NCBI GenBank assembly: GCA_037127935.1
Contig: JBAXXM010000006.1
Location: 86,579 to 150,578 of the forward strand
Origin: Synechococcaceae cyanobacterium ELA739
GTDB lineage: Bacteria; Cyanobacteriota; Cyanobacteriia; PCC-6307; Cyanobiaceae
Length of the DNA stretch: 64,000 nt
Reading direction: 5' to 3'
Every line of letters begins with the position of its first letter. Position 1 is the first letter of the stretch. Shown here piece by piece: positions 62,355 to 64,000 of the stretch. The notes below the pieces were generated by a model. It was not told where the DNA came from, ran no database searches, and saw only the letters and a program-made list of their open reading frames with translations. Both the position numbers and the translations under genes were made by a program.

Positions 62355-62483
62355 GCCACCACCGACTGAGGCTCCCTGCCCCGCTGCCTCCCATGCGATA
62401 TTCAACTGAAGCACCGGTCGCGCTGCCGTCTACATCACAGGTGTGCCTCCCTGGTTCTGAAGAGCCGTCAGGGTGATCAGCTG

Positions 62484-62797
62484 ATCGCAAGGCTCGGGTG
62501 CTGCTGCGCAATCCGGAGCTGCTGATCCTTGATGAGGCCACCAGTGCCCTCGACACCCACAGCGAAAGGTTGGTGCAGGAGGCGATCGATCGTTTTGAGA
62601 AGGGCCATACCGTCCTTGTCATTGCCCACCGCTTGAGCACGATCGTGAATGCTGATCTGATCTGTGTGATGGACAAGGGCCAGATCGTGGAGAGGGGACG
62701 CCATGATCAACTGCTCCAGCAAGGAGGCCGCTATGCCTCGCTCTGGCAACAGCAGATCAGCCAGAGAAGGCCGCTGGAAGTCTCCAACCCGGCCTAG
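62484..62797 (+). pseudogene. Third ABC-exporter 3' end (intact fragment from post-signature helix to stop)
   Basis: [18 protein letters not shown]...[17 protein letters not shown]...[17 protein letters not shown]; no Walker A and no TMD. Confidence 0.88.
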
Positions 62798-62830
62798 ATT
62801 CATCCAATAGATCGTTCTCGATAGTCAGTC

Positions 62831-63235
62831 ATGGGCTTGATACGAGGCGTTTTTATCCTCTCCAATCCCTCCAAACCCGAGTTGGCCTCGGTTGAGGTGT
62901 CTGCTCTGGCTGATACCGGCGCCGTGCACCTCTCCATCCCCGAGCACCTAGCGATTCAGCTGAGCCTGGCGGAACTGGAGCGGCGGGAGGTGGTGTTGGC
63001 CGATGGCCACAGGCGCAGCGTTCCTTATGTCGGTCCGGTGGAGGTTCGCTTCAAAAATCGCCGCTGCTTCACCGGTGCCATGGTGCTTGGTCATGAGGTG
63101 TTGCTAGGCGCGATTCCGATGGAGGACATGGACTTGGTGCTGCGCCCCCAACTGCAGAGCGTGGATGTGAATCCGGAAAGTCCCAATATCGCTGTCAGCC
63201 TGGCGAAGACAAGCGGCGCTGGTTGGTTGCTCTAG
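62831..63235 (+). CDS. Clan AA aspartyl protease, copy 2
   Basis: Same as copy 1 except HLCIP changed to HLSIP. Confidence 0.88.
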   Translation: MGLIRGVFILSNPSKPELASVEVSALADTGAVHLSIPEHLAIQLSLAELERREVVLADGHRRSVPYVGPVEVRFKNRRCFTGAMVLGHEVLLGAIPMEDMDLVLRPQLQSVDVNPESPNIAVSLAKTSGAGWLL

Positions 63236-63260
63236 GGTTTAGTTCTGATCAGGAGAGGGT

Positions 63261-63923
63261 ATGACGCTTGCTAGCAATCCATCTCCGCCCAGTTCAACTG
63301 AAGCTGCCCCTGCAATGGGCCCTCTGCTCCTTCCGCAGGAGCTTCAACTCACGCCTGAGCAGTTCGTGTTGCTCTGCGCTGCCAATCCAGAAGCGGTTCT
63401 TGAACTCGACGCCCAAGGCCATCTGATCAACATGACCCCTACCGGCGGTGACACCGGATCTCGCAATTCGCGTCTGTTGATGCGTCTGCTGCTCTGGGCC
63501 GATCGAACGGGCGGCTGGAAGGTGTTCGATAGCTCTACCGGCTTTCGCCTTCCCGATGGCTCCGTCCTCAGCCCCGATGCCTCTCTGGTAAGCCTGGAGC
63601 GCTGGCAGGCCCTGAGCCCCGAACAGCGACGCGGTTTCCCACCTCTCTGTCCCGATCTGGTGGTGGAGCTGGCCAGCCCCAGTGACGAAGGACCCACGGG
63701 TGTGAGTGCCTTGCGCCGCAAGATGGCTGGCTATCAAACCAATGGCGCTCAGCTGGGCTGGCTGTTGTTGCCGCAGGAGCAGGTGGTGGAGGTCTGGCCC
63801 GGTCGTCAGTCCTCAGATGGACCGCTACCAGAACCCCAGCGGCTGGAGGGCGTTTCGGAGCTAGATGGCGGCATGGTGTTGCCTGGCCTGCGGCTGGATC
63901 TTGAGGAGATCTGGAGGGGGTGA
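63261..63923 (+). CDS. Uma2 family endonuclease, copy 2
   Basis: N-terminal half identical to copy 1; 14 aa differences in the C-terminal ~100 aa. Confidence 0.93.
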   Translation: MTLASNPSPPSSTEAAPAMGPLLLPQELQLTPEQFVLLCAANPEAVLELDAQGHLINMTPTGGDTGSRNSRLLMRLLLWADRTGGWKVFDSSTGFRLPDGSVLSPDASLVSLERWQALSPEQRRGFPPLCPDLVVELASPSDEGPTGVSALRRKMAGYQTNGAQLGWLLLPQEQVVEVWPGRQSSDGPLPEPQRLEGVSELDGGMVLPGLRLDLEEIWRG

Positions 63924-64000
63924 CTCAATATTGAGTGAAGTGCTGACGTGTTTTCGGTTGTCGGTTTATGTATGAAAAACTCACGCTAGAGCCTATCGCT

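Larger units (their letters stand above)
62497..63923 (+). repeat. Direct repeat unit B (ABC tail-protease-Uma2)
   Basis: 62987-63615 identical to 59876-60504 by manual comparison. Confidence 0.92.

Overview
A 64-kb window from a GC-rich picocyanobacterium (Cyanobium/Synechococcus-like; inferred from ARC6/Ftn2, a Nif11-type peptide, cyanobacterial PstS and the rplS-trnW-trnD-gltX order). Bases 1-50.2 kb are mostly housekeeping genes: hemL, glcD, a branched-chain amino acid ABC operon, 5-oxoprolinase, map, rplS, tRNA-Trp, tRNA-Asp, gltX, polA, rfbACD, pstS, pdhA, ftn2, ffh, rpsP and phoH. Accessory spots in this part are an intact hipBA pair next to a decayed vapBC, an orphan Nif11-leader peptide and a chimeric PRTase/PAS remnant. 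From 50.5 kb the window enters a surface-polysaccharide island (gmd, fcl, galE, methyltransferase, ABC exporter) interleaved with MNT/HEPN modules. The most striking structure is at 57.8-63.9 kb, where the 3' end of the ABC exporter occurs three times in tandem. Each copy is followed by cargo genes: aspartyl protease + Uma2 nuclease, then an Rpn nuclease with a candidate intragenic antitoxin start, then a second protease + Uma2 allele. The two protease-Uma2 units share a 629-bp block identical by manual comparison but have diverged flanks. All family assignments come from motif recognition by eye; no database searches were run. Start codons differing from the ORF track are my own estimates.
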